Shown here: positions 1-11,683 of the stretch, piece after piece
Position numbering within the stretch: the first letter of the stretch is position 1
How the letters are laid out: each line of letters starts with the position of its first letter
Assembly: GCA_049289835.1 (NCBI GenBank)
Contig: JBATMM010000597.1
Coordinates: 1 to 48,949, forward strand
Length of the DNA: 48,949 nucleotides
Reading direction: 5' to 3'
From: Saprospiraceae bacterium
GTDB taxonomy: Bacteria > Bacteroidota > Bacteroidia > Chitinophagales > Saprospiraceae
Notes under the pieces: generated by a model
The model's database searches: none
Seen by the model: the letters and a program-made list of their open reading frames with translations, nothing else
Told to the model about the DNA's origin: nothing
Translations under genes and position numbers: made by a program

Positions 1-77
1 TTGCGAAAGACCGTAAAGTAAGTGTTGATCTTGTATTTGGTCATCATGCACAGGAACAATCAGCTGCTAAAGAATAA
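1..77 (+). CDS. rpsE: 30S ribosomal protein S5, C-terminal fragment (gene runs off the left edge)
   Basis: Frame 3 is open from the window edge to TAA at 75-77 (..AKDRKVSVDLVFGHHAQEQSAAKE*). It lies directly upstream of rpmD-rplO-secY, the conserved rpsE position. The call rests mostly on position. Confidence 0.6.
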   Translation, partial: AKDRKVSVDLVFGHHAQEQSAAKE

Positions 78-83
78 GAGACC

Positions 84-269
84 ATGTCGAAAGTAAAAAT
101 AACACAGATCAAAAGTCATATTGACAGGCCACAGGCTCAAAAGGATACACTCAAAGCTCTTGGATTGGGTAAAATCCGTAGGTCTAAGATCGTTGAGGTT
201 ACAGCGCCGCTACAGGGTATGATTAATAAAGTAGCTCACATGTTGAGTATTGAAAATATTAAAGGTTAA
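84..269 (+). CDS. rpmD: 50S ribosomal protein L30
   Basis: 61-aa ORF, MSKVKITQIKSHIDRPQAQKDTLKALGLGKIRR.., typical uL30. It sits between S5 and L15. Confidence 0.95.
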   Translation: MSKVKITQIKSHIDRPQAQKDTLKALGLGKIRRSKIVEVTAPLQGMINKVAHMLSIENIKG

Positions 270-288
270 GCATTAATTAATAGCCAGA

Positions 289-735
289 ATGGATCTCCAT
301 AAGCTAACACCGGCGACAGGATCGGTAAGAAATAATAAACGTAAAGGCAGAGGCCAGGGCTCAGGTACCGGTGGTACATCCACCAAGGGACACAAAGGAG
401 CCAAATCAAGGTCAGGATACAAATCCAAAAGAGCTCACGAAGGTGGTCAGATGCCTCTTCAGATGCGTCTTCCTAAGAAAGGATTTAAAAATCCTAATCG
501 CAAAACATTTATTGCACTCAATCTGGATCAACTTCAGGCTATGTCCGATAAATTCAAAGTGAGCGAATGGACACTTGAAGCACTTGAAACGCATAATTTT
601 ATCTCAGGCAATGATAAAGTAAAAGTCCTGGCGCGTGGAGAGATCAAAGTAAAAGTAAATCTGACTGCACATGCCACCAGTGATGCTGCACGCAAAGCCG
701 TGGAAGCAGCAGGTGGAAGTATCACAATAGTTTAA
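289..735 (+). CDS. rplO: 50S ribosomal protein L15
   Basis: 148 aa with a Gly/Lys/Arg-rich N-terminus (RKGRGQGSGTGGTSTKGHKGAKSRSG) typical of uL15. It precedes secY. Confidence 0.96.
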   Translation: MDLHKLTPATGSVRNNKRKGRGQGSGTGGTSTKGHKGAKSRSGYKSKRAHEGGQMPLQMRLPKKGFKNPNRKTFIALNLDQLQAMSDKFKVSEWTLEALETHNFISGNDKVKVLARGEIKVKVNLTAHATSDAARKAVEAAGGSITIV

Positions 736-752
736 GCTCATAGGATAGCCGA

Positions 753-2129
753 ATGAAGAACTTTATCACCACATTACAGCACATCTGGAAGATTAAAGAT
801 TTGCGTAATCGCATTCTTTATACGTTGGCCATGATTGGAGTTTACCGACTAGGTTCTACAATCGTATTGCCTGGTGTAGTTCCTTCCGTTTTAGCAAGCT
901 TTGCCAGCAATAAAGCTCATAGTAATGACCTGCTCGGTCTGATCAACATATTTACGGGCGGTGCATTTAATAATGCTGCCATTTTTGCTTTAGGCATCAT
1001 GCCTTATATCACAGCTTCAATTATCATACAGTTATTAGGATTTGCTGTCCCATATTTCCAACGTTTACAGCAGAAGGAAGGTGAGTCAGGTCGAAAGAAG
1101 ATAAATCAGATGACCAGGTTACTTACAGTAGCCATCACTCTTGTTCAGGGCGGAGCATATTTGACATATGTGAAAAGTATTGGCGCAATTTCTCCGAATA
1201 TCCCGGTTTCATTATTCTGGTTTTCAAGTATCATCATCCTTTCATCAGGTACAGTTCTGGCCATGTGGTTAGGTGAGCGTATCACAGATAAAGGTATTGG
1301 AAACGGTATTTCCATGATTATCATGATTGGTATTATTGCCAGGTTGCCTCAGGCTATCATCTTTGAATTTCAGGCTCAGCTCAATCAGGGAGGGATGTTA
1401 ACCTTTGTGCTTGAATTGGCCGGCTTTTTTATTGTTACTATGCTGTGCATAATGGTTATACAGGGTGTTCGCCGTATCCCTATTCAATTTGCAAAAAGAA
1501 TGGTAGGAAGAGGTAATGCTAATATTCCTCAGTCAGGAGCCAGGGATTATATTCCGCTCAAACTAAATGCTGCAGGAGTTATGCCGATCATCTTTGCTCA
1601 GGCCATTATGTTCCTTCCGATGACAGTCGCTCAATATTTTATGGGAAATGATGCAGGTGCCCAGACAGGTGGAATTTTAAGGTCACTGAATGATCCTTTT
1701 TCTACTGCAACAGCAGTATTATCATTTTTACTTGTTGTTGTTTTTACCTATGTGTATACAGCTCTCCTGGTAAACCCTCAACAATATTCAGAGTATCTGA
1801 AGCGACAGAATGCCTTTATTCCGGGTATCAAGCCAGGAAAAGACACAGCTGATTTTATTGATACCATTACGACCAGGGTGACTTTACCTGGAGCTATTTT
1901 TCTAGGTATCATCACGATCCTTCCAAAGCTTGCTCATGCAGCAGGGATAAACCAGGGGTTTGCGGTATTCTTTGGAGGCACTTCATTGCTTATCCTTGTA
2001 GGTGTTGTACTTGATACCCTGGCTCAGGTCGAAAGCCATCTCCTTATGAGAAAATACGATGGATTGGTTAAATCCGGAAAACTGAAAGGCCGCAGTGGTA
2101 GCGGTATGCAGATTGGAGCCAACATGTAA
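753..2129 (+). CDS. secY: preprotein translocase subunit SecY
   Basis: 458-aa multi-pass membrane protein with SecY blocks (ALGIMPYITASIIIQLL, GISMIIMIGI). It sits in the canonical slot after rplO. Confidence 0.97.
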   Translation: MKNFITTLQHIWKIKDLRNRILYTLAMIGVYRLGSTIVLPGVVPSVLASFASNKAHSNDLLGLINIFTGGAFNNAAIFALGIMPYITASIIIQLLGFAVPYFQRLQQKEGESGRKKINQMTRLLTVAITLVQGGAYLTYVKSIGAISPNIPVSLFWFSSIIILSSGTVLAMWLGERITDKGIGNGISMIIMIGIIARLPQAIIFEFQAQLNQGGMLTFVLELAGFFIVTMLCIMVIQGVRRIPIQFAKRMVGRGNANIPQSGARDYIPLKLNAAGVMPIIFAQAIMFLPMTVAQYFMGNDAGAQTGGILRSLNDPFSTATAVLSFLLVVVFTYVYTALLVNPQQYSEYLKRQNAFIPGIKPGKDTADFIDTITTRVTLPGAIFLGIITILPKLAHAAGINQGFAVFFGGTSLLILVGVVLDTLAQVESHLLMRKYDGLVKSGKLKGRSGSGMQIGANM

Positions 2130-2180
2130 TGGTAGGGTTCAATGACTTTTCTTCCAAATTTCCTGTCTGAGTCTTTGTAA

Positions 2181-3017
2181 ATGACGTCCGATTCACGATA
2201 TCAATATAAAACAGAAGAGGAGATTGAAATCATCAGGCATAATTGTCTCCTTGTTACATCCACTATAGCAGAAGTTGCAGCTCATTTAAAACCGGGAGTG
2301 ACAGGTATTGAACTGGATCGTATAGCAGAAACATTTATTAGAGATCATAATGCTGAACCGGCTTTCAAAGGATACCCGGGCACTGTTTTTGATTTTCCTG
2401 GAACATTATGCATTTCCCTCAATGAAGTCATTGTTCATGGTATTCCGGGGAGCTCCACGATCAAAGAAGGAGACATAGTTTCCATTGACTGTGGTGTAAA
2501 AAAGAACGGATATTTTGGAGATGCCGCCTTCACATTTGCAATAGGAAATATTAGCGCGGAAGTCATGAAGTTGTTAGTGACCACAAGAGAATGTCTTGAT
2601 TTGGCCATAGGACAGGCCATCGCTGGTAACCGGCTGGGAGATATTGGTTTCGCAGTCCAACATCATGCTGAAACCGAGTCAGGATATGGTGTCATCAGGG
2701 AAATGGTAGGACATGGAATAGGTAAAAAACTCCATGAGCCTCCTGAAGTACCAAATTATGGGAAAAGGGGAAAAGGACCGATCCTTCATGAAGGATTAGT
2801 CATAGCCATTGAACCTATGATTAACCTTGGAAGTAGGGAAGTTATGCTCAAAAAGGATGGGTGGACGCTTATTGCGAGGGATTTAAAGCCTTCAGCTCAT
2901 TATGAGCATACTATTGTAGTCAGAAAGGAAAAAGCAGAGGTTCTTTCAGATCACGTAGTCATAGACAAAGCGGTAAAAAATAACGACAATTTGACCGAAG
3001 TGTGGATAAAAAAGTAG
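2181..3017 (+). CDS. map: type I methionine aminopeptidase
   Basis: 278 aa with MetAP blocks IVSIDCGVKKNGYFGDAAFTF, MVGHGIGKKLHEPP, AIEPMIN and HYEHTIV. It directly follows secY with no adk between, as is usual in Bacteroidota. Confidence 0.95.
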   Translation: MTSDSRYQYKTEEEIEIIRHNCLLVTSTIAEVAAHLKPGVTGIELDRIAETFIRDHNAEPAFKGYPGTVFDFPGTLCISLNEVIVHGIPGSSTIKEGDIVSIDCGVKKNGYFGDAAFTFAIGNISAEVMKLLVTTRECLDLAIGQAIAGNRLGDIGFAVQHHAETESGYGVIREMVGHGIGKKLHEPPEVPNYGKRGKGPILHEGLVIAIEPMINLGSREVMLKKDGWTLIARDLKPSAHYEHTIVVRKEKAEVLSDHVVIDKAVKNNDNLTEVWIKK

Positions 3018-3041
3018 ATATTTGCACTCCAAAATCAAAAA

Positions 3042-3260
3042 ATGGCGAAACAACAGGTCATCAAACAAGATGGAATTATCGAAGAGGCCCTGTCAAATGC
3101 CATGTTCAGAGTAAGATTGGAAAATGATCACATGTTGATCGCTACGATCTCTGGAAAGATGCGGATGAATTATATCAGGATATTGCCGGGAGATAAAGTT
3201 TCAGTGGAAATGTCACCATACGATCTGTCAAGAGGCCGTATTACATACAGATATAAATAA
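3042..3260 (+). CDS. infA: translation initiation factor IF-1
   Basis: 72-aa S1-fold protein (..[52 protein letters not shown]). Confidence 0.97.
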   Translation: MAKQQVIKQDGIIEEALSNAMFRVRLENDHMLIATISGKMRMNYIRILPGDKVSVEMSPYDLSRGRITYRYK

Positions 3261-3295
3261 ATAACAGGCCTAAACACCTGTCAAAATAAAAGAAT

Positions 3296-3412
3296 ATGAA
3301 AGTCAGAGCTTCAATAAAGAAAAGATCAGTTGACTGCAAGATTGTCAGAAGGAAGGGTAGACTCTATATTATTAATAAAAAGAATCCAAAATTTAAACAG
3401 CGTCAAGGCTGA
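3296..3412 (+). CDS. rpmJ: 50S ribosomal protein L36
   Basis: Not in the supplied ORF track because it is too short. ATG at 3296 to TGA at 3410-3412 gives 38 aa, [38 protein letters not shown], which is the bL36 consensus. It sits in the canonical infA-rpmJ-rpsM position. Confidence 0.93.
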   Translation: MKVRASIKKRSVDCKIVRRKGRLYIINKKNPKFKQRQG

Positions 3413-3430
3413 TAAAATACCTATAACTAT

Positions 3431-3808
3431 ATGGCGAGGATAGCAGGCGTAGATCTACCGAGGAACAAGAGAGGCATCATTGGCCTCCAGTATATTTTTG
3501 GCATCGGTGGTAGCCGGGCTAAAAAAATCCTGGAACAACTTTCTATTGAAGAAAGCGTGAAGGTTCAGGATTGGACCGATGACAATGTTATGAACATTTC
3601 ACGTATTGTTCAGGAACAATACAAAGTCGAAGGTGAACTCAGATCTGAGGTTCAGACACACATCAAACGGCTTATGGACATTGCCTGTTACAGGGGGCTT
3701 CGTCATCGAAAAGGTCTTCCTGTTCGTGGTCAAAGGACTAAAACAAATGCCCGCACCCGGAAAGGAAAACGTAAGACTGTAGCAAACAAGAAGAAAGCAA
3801 CCAAATAA
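3431..3808 (+). CDS. rpsM: 30S ribosomal protein S13
   Basis: 125 aa, [14 protein letters not shown].. with a basic C-terminus, typical uS13. Confidence 0.97.
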   Translation: MARIAGVDLPRNKRGIIGLQYIFGIGGSRAKKILEQLSIEESVKVQDWTDDNVMNISRIVQEQYKVEGELRSEVQTHIKRLMDIACYRGLRHRKGLPVRGQRTKTNARTRKGKRKTVANKKKATK

Positions 3809-3911
3809 TATCTGGAAAATAAGATTCATCGATTTCTTGCGGAGTTATCTAAAAAATATCACTGTTTATTTCGGAAATCTAAAATCGTAAATCCAAAATC
3901 GCAATTCAAGA

Positions 3912-4304
3912 ATGGCTAAAACAATAAAAAAAGTAGCTAAAAAGCGTAAAGTCAAAGTAGAATCTGACGGAAAAGCTTTTATCCAGGCCACCTTCAACAA
4001 TATCATTGTCACGGTGACCAACCGTGCCGGTCATGTTGTCTCCTGGGCTTCTGCCGGGAAAGCTGGTTTTAAGGGTTCAAAAAAGAATACTCCTTATGCT
4101 GCTCAGGTAGCTGCATCTGCTGCTGCTCAGGAAGCTTACGATGCGGGCATGAGATCAGCTGAGGTATTTGTGAAAGGCCCGGGATCAGGTCGTGAAGCTG
4201 CGATCAGAGCTATTGATGCAGTTGGTGTCAGAGTTTCACGTATCCAGGATCTTACACCGGTTCCGCACAATGGATGCCGTCCACCTAAAAGAAGAAGAGT
4301 CTGA
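3912..4304 (+). CDS. rpsK: 30S ribosomal protein S11
   Basis: 130 aa with uS11 blocks ([11 protein letters not shown].. and ..[18 protein letters not shown]). Confidence 0.97.
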   Translation: MAKTIKKVAKKRKVKVESDGKAFIQATFNNIIVTVTNRAGHVVSWASAGKAGFKGSKKNTPYAAQVAASAAAQEAYDAGMRSAEVFVKGPGSGREAAIRAIDAVGVRVSRIQDLTPVPHNGCRPPKRRRV

Positions 4305-4356
4305 AAAGCGCTGATTGAGCAACGAATTATTTTCATTCTATTGATTATTAAAAGAT

Positions 4357-4968
4357 ATGGCAAGATATACCGGACCCACCACTAAAAAAGCCAGAGCCTT
4401 AGGCGAAATGATCTTTGGCTTTGACAAAAGTTTTGAGCGAAAAAAATATCGCCCGGGCCAACATGGTAATTCAAAGCGACGCCGCCAGAAATCTGAGTAT
4501 GCGCTTCAGTTGCTTGAAAAACAAAAAGCAAAATATACATATGGTGTCTTAGAGCGCCAGTTTAGAAACATCTTTGAAAAAGCTAGTTCTAAAAGTGGAG
4601 TTACCGGTACTGTGCTTCTGCAGTTGCTGGAGTCACGCCTTGACAATACTATTTTCAGATTAGGGGTAGGTAGGACACGAAGAGCTGCTCGTCAGTTAGT
4701 GTCACACAAACATGTACTTGTTAATGGTGAACTTGCTTATATACCATCATATCAGTTAAAGCCAGGAGATGTAGTATCAGTAAGAGGTAAATCACAGCAT
4801 ATTGAAGTGATTTCAGACAATGTCGCCGCAAAAACAGATATCCGCAAATTTCCCTGGTTAGAGTGGAATCCGGACAGAATGGAAGGGAAATTCCTTACTT
4901 ATCCGGAACGCGATGATATTCCTGAGAAAATCAATGAACAATTGATTGTCGAGTTGTATTCTAAGTAA
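4357..4968 (+). CDS. rpsD: 30S ribosomal protein S4
   Basis: 203 aa, MARYTGP.., with an S4 RNA-binding domain ([30 protein letters not shown]). Confidence 0.97.
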   Translation: MARYTGPTTKKARALGEMIFGFDKSFERKKYRPGQHGNSKRRRQKSEYALQLLEKQKAKYTYGVLERQFRNIFEKASSKSGVTGTVLLQLLESRLDNTIFRLGVGRTRRAARQLVSHKHVLVNGELAYIPSYQLKPGDVVSVRGKSQHIEVISDNVAAKTDIRKFPWLEWNPDRMEGKFLTYPERDDIPEKINEQLIVELYSK

Positions 4969-5051
4969 TCATTGAAGGATCGGTTCCTAATACTGCATTC
5001 TTTCTTTTGGTTATCTATCATTTATAAATTATTCCACACGAAATCGTCTTT

Positions 5052-6050
5052 ATGAGCATCTTGAATTTTCAAAAGCCGGATAAAATTTTACTCCAGAAAG
5101 CCACTGACTTTCATGGACAATTCGAATTTAAACCTCTTGAGCCTGGATTTGGTCAAACAATCGGAAATTCGCTTCGACGTATTTTACTTTCTTCATTGGA
5201 AGGATACGCCGTATCAGCTATTCGTATTGCCGGAGTAGATCACGAGTTTTCAAGCATCCCTGGCGTTGTTGAAGATGTTGTAGATATTATCCTCAACATT
5301 AAACAGATCAGATTAAAAAGCACGATGAAGGGTGATAAGGCCAACGAGCACCAGATTTATATCACCATCAGTGGCCAGGATGAATTCCGCGCAAAAGACA
5401 TCGAATCAAAAACCAATGTTTTTAAAGTGATGAATCCTGAACTGCTGATTTGTCGAATGGAACCTTCTGTCAACCTTGAGTTGGAAATGACGATCACTAA
5501 AGGAAGGGGATATGTACCGGCGGAAGAGAATATGCCTGAAAATGCACCTATCGGAGTTATTCCAGTCGATGCTATTTATACTCCAATTAAAAAAGTTGCT
5601 TACCAGGTTTCAAATACCCGTGTTGGACAACGTACAGACTACGAGAAACTCAGTATTGAGGTGGAAACTGATGGTACTATTCATCCTGAGGAAGCTATCA
5701 AAGAAGCAAGCCGTATCATGATTCAACACCTGATGTTGATCACGGATGAGCATATTACTTTCGATGATAAAGTGGGTAAGGAAGATGGAATCGTGAATGA
5801 GCATATATTGAGTATGCGTAAATTACTCAAGACATCATTGGAAGATCTTGATCTTTCTGTCCGTGCTTACAATTGTCTCAAAGCTGCCAAAATCAATTCA
5901 CTTGCTGAATTGGTAAGGTTCGATACACATGAATTATTGAAGTTTAGAAACTTTGGAAAAAAATCATTGGTGGAAATAGAAGAACTCCTCCAGATCAAAG
6001 GATTGACATTCGGAATGGATTTGTCGAAATACAAATTAGACGAAGACTAG
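5052..6050 (+). CDS. rpoA: DNA-directed RNA polymerase alpha subunit
   Basis: 332 aa with N-terminal dimerisation domain blocks (GNSLRRILLSSLEG) and a C-terminal domain helix-hairpin-helix (LDLSVRAYNCLKAAKINSLAELV). Confidence 0.97.
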   Translation: MSILNFQKPDKILLQKATDFHGQFEFKPLEPGFGQTIGNSLRRILLSSLEGYAVSAIRIAGVDHEFSSIPGVVEDVVDIILNIKQIRLKSTMKGDKANEHQIYITISGQDEFRAKDIESKTNVFKVMNPELLICRMEPSVNLELEMTITKGRGYVPAEENMPENAPIGVIPVDAIYTPIKKVAYQVSNTRVGQRTDYEKLSIEVETDGTIHPEEAIKEASRIMIQHLMLITDEHITFDDKVGKEDGIVNEHILSMRKLLKTSLEDLDLSVRAYNCLKAAKINSLAELVRFDTHELLKFRNFGKKSLVEIEELLQIKGLTFGMDLSKYKLDED

Positions 6051-6067
6051 AATGAAAGGGCTTATTT

Positions 6068-6132
6068 GTTTATAAGCTTATATGTTTATTCCATAAACAC
6101 ATAAACCAATAAACGTATAAACCCATAAATAT
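6068..6132 (+). repeat. phased hexamer array in the rpoA-rplQ spacer: 2 x GTTTAT followed by (ATAAACNN) x 5
   Basis: Direct reading shows GTTTAT at 6068 and 6084. It is followed by ATAAACac, ATAAACca, ATAAACgt, ATAAACcc and ATAAATat, starting at 6093, 6101, 6109, 6117 and 6125. That is an exact 8-nt period. Confidence 0.8.
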
Positions 6133-6206
6133 AATTGCAGTTACTGCGATGGCTTTTTGCCCGGTGCTGCGGAGTCATTAATTTAATTAACCAACAATAA
6201 ACGGTC

Positions 6207-6725
6207 ATGAGACACGGTAAGACATTTAATCACCTTGGAAGGAAAGCAGGGCACCGCGCAGCTTTATTGATGAATCTGAGCTTAGCTCTGATCCAACATA
6301 AACGCATCTTTACTACAGTAGCAAAGGCAAAAGCCCTGAAAAAGTATATCGAGCCTTTAATCACAAAGGGTAGAAGTAATACAACACATAACCGAAGGGT
6401 AGTATTTGCCTATCTCAGCAACAAAGAAGCAGTAACAGAACTTTTTTCAACAATTGCAACTAAAATAGGAGACAGACCAGGAGGGTATACTCGTGTGATT
6501 CGTACAGGATTCCGTAAAGGCGATGGCGCTGAAATGGCAATGATCGAGTTGGTAGATTTTAATGAACTCTATACAAACCTGAAAAAACGTAGAAGTCAAT
6601 CAGGTTCAACAACCGGCAAACCTGTAACAAAGCGAACAAGAAGAGGAAAAGGTAAATCAACAGCCTCGGTTGCAGCTGCATCTGCTACACCTACTGACAC
6701 TACTGCGACTTCAGAAGAAGAATAG
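6207..6725 (+). CDS. rplQ: 50S ribosomal protein L17 with a ~45-aa Lys/Arg/Ala/Thr-rich C-terminal extension
   Basis: 172 aa, [24 protein letters not shown].., bL17 core. The tail is ..[45 protein letters not shown]. Confidence 0.96.
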   Translation: MRHGKTFNHLGRKAGHRAALLMNLSLALIQHKRIFTTVAKAKALKKYIEPLITKGRSNTTHNRRVVFAYLSNKEAVTELFSTIATKIGDRPGGYTRVIRTGFRKGDGAEMAMIELVDFNELYTNLKKRRSQSGSTTGKPVTKRTRRGKGKSTASVAAASATPTDTTATSEEE

Positions 6726-6753
6726 TACCTGGTTAAACCAGTACATATATAAA

Positions 6754-6782
6754 GGCCGGAAGAAAACTCCGGCCTTTTTTGT
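6754..6782 (+). terminator. rho-independent terminator after rplQ
   Basis: GGCCGGA-agaaaac-TCCGGCC stem-loop followed by a T8 run, 28 nt after the rplQ stop. Confidence 0.8.
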
Positions 6783-6832
6783 TTATAATAGAATGACAGG
6801 TTTTCCGTCCACTTCAATTATATTTTTTCCTA

Positions 6833-6840
6833 TATATTTG
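6833..6840 (+). promoter_or_regulatory. Bacteroidota-type -7 box (TATATTTG) upstream of carA
   Basis: Matches TAnnTTTG, 26 nt before ATG 6867. The GTG at 6840 used by the ORF track lies inside this box. Confidence 0.45.
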
Positions 6841-6866
6841 TGCCCCTGAATGTAAGGGTTATACAC

Positions 6867-9301
<2,435 letters not shown>

Positions 9302-9353
9302 TCGCTCCACTTTTTATTCATTATCCTTCTCCTTTAATTGTAATTAAAACTGT

Positions 9354-9369
9354 TGGCACGGCTATTGTA
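9354..9369 (+). promoter_or_regulatory. candidate sigma-54 (-24/-12) promoter
   Basis: TGGCACGGCTATTGTA against the consensus TGGCACG-N4-TTGCW. The -24 element and the spacing are exact. The -12 element reads TTGT instead of TTGC. It is intergenic and points toward the FtsB-like gene and sucD. Confidence 0.3.
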
Positions 9370-9589
9370 TAATAGCTCATACCATTCCCATGGTATTATT
9401 ATCCCATCAGCATATCCATTGTCCTTTTATGCAATTTATAGTCCTTGAACAGGGGGCAGGACTGATGTGGGTATCGGTATACAGACCATATTGGCCTGTC
9501 CCTCTTTTCTATTTGAAGAAGGAATCAGACCGTGTAGGAAATCAGTATTTTATCATTATCTTTCGGACTTTACAACAGGTCTCAACGAT

Positions 9590-9895
9590 ATGAAAAATTT
9601 AATTCATCTACGGCTGGTGATTTCAAATTTAATTGCCGCCGGTTGGCTCAACAAATATTCAGTTGCTGCCGGTTTGTTTGTTATCTGGATGCTTTTTTTT
9701 GATAAGCATAATTTCTTTACGCAGTGGAGCCTGAGGAGTTCAGTGAGTCAGTTAGAGAGTTCTATTACGGACTATCAGGTACAACTGGCTAAAGCTGAAG
9801 CCGAACATCAGGACCTGATGAATAACAAAGAAAAATTTGCCAGGGAAAAATATCTCATGCACAGACCTGATGAGGATGTCTTCATATTTCAATAA
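9590..9895 (+). CDS. septum formation initiator family protein (FtsB/DivIC-like)
   Basis: 101 aa starting at the internal ATG 9590 (MKNLIHL..). It has one TM segment (AAGLFVIWMLFF), then a coiled coil and the ..FAREKYLMHRPDEDVFIF ending typical of this family. The 41 codons upstream in the track ORF look non-coding. Confidence 0.8.
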   Translation: MKNLIHLRLVISNLIAAGWLNKYSVAAGLFVIWMLFFDKHNFFTQWSLRSSVSQLESSITDYQVQLAKAEAEHQDLMNNKEKFAREKYLMHRPDEDVFIFQ

Positions 9896-9920
9896 TGGTA
9901 AGTAGAATCAGATTGCTTTT

Positions 9921-10796
9921 ATGAGTGTATTAGTAGGAAAGGACAGCCGTGTTTTGGTGCAGGGCTTTACCGGAACAGAAGGAACATTTCATGCCAGCCA
10001 AATGATTGAATACGGCACTAAAGTCGTAGGTGGTGTGACACCAGGAAAGGGAGGACAACTCCATCTAAATCTACCTGTTTTCAACACTGTAGAAGAAGCT
10101 GTAAAAGAGACCAAAGCAAATGTATCCATCATATTTGTGCCACCTGCTTTTGCACCAGATGCTATCCTGGAAGCCGCCGAGTCTGGTATCAAAGTTATCG
10201 TTTGTATTACTGAAGGAATACCTGTTCAGGATATGATTAAAGTAAAGTCCTATCTTAATTCTTCCGGCTCCAGACTGATCGGCCCTAACTGTCCAGGTAT
10301 CATTACACCCGGTGAAGCAAAAATAGGAATCATGCCTGGGTTTATCCATAGACCCGGCACTATCGGCATTGTCTCCAGATCGGGCACACTTACATACGAA
10401 GCAGTTGACCAGGTTACAAAAGCAGGATTAGGTCAATCAACCTGCATAGGGATTGGTGGTGATCCGATATGTGGAACAACTACGCTTGAAGCTGTTCAAT
10501 TACTCATGGAAGATCCGGCCACGGAAGGGATCATAATGATCGGCGAAATAGGTGGATCCATGGAGTCCGACGCAGCTTATTGGATTAAAGAAAACGGTAC
10601 CAAACCTGTTGTAGGTTTTATCGCAGGGAAGACAGCACCTAAGGGAAGGAAAATGGGCCATGCGGGTGCCATTATTGGTGGCAAGGCGGATACAGCTGCT
10701 GCCAAGATGGAAATCCTAGCAGCTTGCGGGGTTCACGTTGTCGAATCTCCTGCTCAGATAGGAGCGACAATGGCAAAAGTACTTCTGCAGAAATAG
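9921..10796 (+). CDS. sucD: succinate--CoA ligase alpha subunit
   Basis: 291 aa with [21 protein letters not shown] and the phospho-His context MGHAGAII. No sucC is adjacent. Confidence 0.96.
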   Translation: MSVLVGKDSRVLVQGFTGTEGTFHASQMIEYGTKVVGGVTPGKGGQLHLNLPVFNTVEEAVKETKANVSIIFVPPAFAPDAILEAAESGIKVIVCITEGIPVQDMIKVKSYLNSSGSRLIGPNCPGIITPGEAKIGIMPGFIHRPGTIGIVSRSGTLTYEAVDQVTKAGLGQSTCIGIGGDPICGTTTLEAVQLLMEDPATEGIIMIGEIGGSMESDAAYWIKENGTKPVVGFIAGKTAPKGRKMGHAGAIIGGKADTAAAKMEILAACGVHVVESPAQIGATMAKVLLQK

Positions 10797-10849
10797 CCCA
10801 AACATATCTTTCTTAAGCAAAGCCTGATTCTTCATTAGCATTTGTTCAT

Positions 10850-11659
10850 ATGATTCAACATCAATTATTAGCTGGCAAAAGGGGCGTTATTTTCGGTGCT
10901 CTTGATGAGCAATCTATTGCCTGGCACGTAGCAACACAATGTGTGGCTGAAGGTGCCCGTATTACACTGACGAATGCACCGGTGGCCATGAGGTTTGGAA
11001 CTATCCAGAAACTAGGTGAGCAACTTAACGCAGAGGTTATATCCGCAGATGCCACTTCAATAGAAGATTTGAAATCACTGTTTGAAAAATCAGTTGATAT
11101 TCTCGGAGGTCCTCTCGATTTTGTCCTGCATTCCATCGGAATGTCTTTAAATGTGCGAAAGGGAAAAACTTATACTGACATCAATCACGAATGGATGCTG
11201 AAAACATTAGATATAAGTGCTATCTCATTTCACAAAATGATGCAGGTGCTATATCAATTAGATGCAATGGCTGAAGGTGGATCTATTTTAGCGCTTACTT
11301 ATATTGCTGCCCAGCGTGTGTTCCCAGATTATAGCGAAATGGCAGATGCAAAAGCCTTATTAGAATCCTTTGCACGTAGCTTTGGTTATCATTTTGGTGT
11401 TAAGAGACATGTACGCGTAAATACACTCTCACAATCACCCACTCGAACTACAGCAGGTAGCGGCGTGAAAGGATTTGATGATTTTTTCTCTTATGCCGAT
11501 TCGATGGCACCTTTAGGGAATGCAAGTGCTGACGATTGTGCCCGTTATTGTGCGGCTCTTTTCTCCGACTATACAAAAGCTGTCACGATGCAGAATCTTT
11601 TTCATGATGGCGGTTTTAGCTCTATGGGTATTAACCCGGCAGTTATGAACAGAGGATAG
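10850..11659 (+). CDS. fabI: enoyl-ACP reductase (NADH), FabI type
   Basis: 269-aa SDR-like protein with N-terminal GKRGVIFGALDEQSIAW and the Tyr/Lys region ..ALTYIAAQRVFPDYSEMADAKALLES... Confidence 0.9.
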   Translation: MIQHQLLAGKRGVIFGALDEQSIAWHVATQCVAEGARITLTNAPVAMRFGTIQKLGEQLNAEVISADATSIEDLKSLFEKSVDILGGPLDFVLHSIGMSLNVRKGKTYTDINHEWMLKTLDISAISFHKMMQVLYQLDAMAEGGSILALTYIAAQRVFPDYSEMADAKALLESFARSFGYHFGVKRHVRVNTLSQSPTRTTAGSGVKGFDDFFSYADSMAPLGNASADDCARYCAALFSDYTKAVTMQNLFHDGGFSSMGINPAVMNRG

Positions 11660-11683
11660 ATTATTTTACCTTCCTTGCGTTAT

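Noticed and set aside
371-725. Three 60-63 aa ORFs (371-562 +, 412-594 -, 534-725 -) nested in rplO.
   Set aside because: They lie entirely inside a confidently identified ribosomal protein gene, in other frames or on the other strand. They have low-complexity, family-less translations. The same reasoning applies to all similar nested or antisense track ORFs inside secY-to-alaS genes, for example 2435-2620, 3599-3829, 4136-4363, 5512-5804, 8022-8933, 9989-10349, 10861-11136 and 13769-13960.
6071-6082. 12-bp palindrome TATAAGCTTATA in the rpoA-rplQ spacer.
   Set aside because: On its own it is within chance expectation, at about 12 per 49 kb. It is only of interest as part of the phased GTTTAT/ATAAAC array, which is reported separately.
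9390-9589. ORF 9390-9593 and the 41-codon N-terminal extension of ORF 9467-9895, both upstream of the FtsB-like gene.
   Set aside because: The translations are Cys/His/Trp-rich with no family resemblance. The FtsB/DivIC-like domain begins cleanly at ATG 9590. I treat the region as non-coding leader or spacer.
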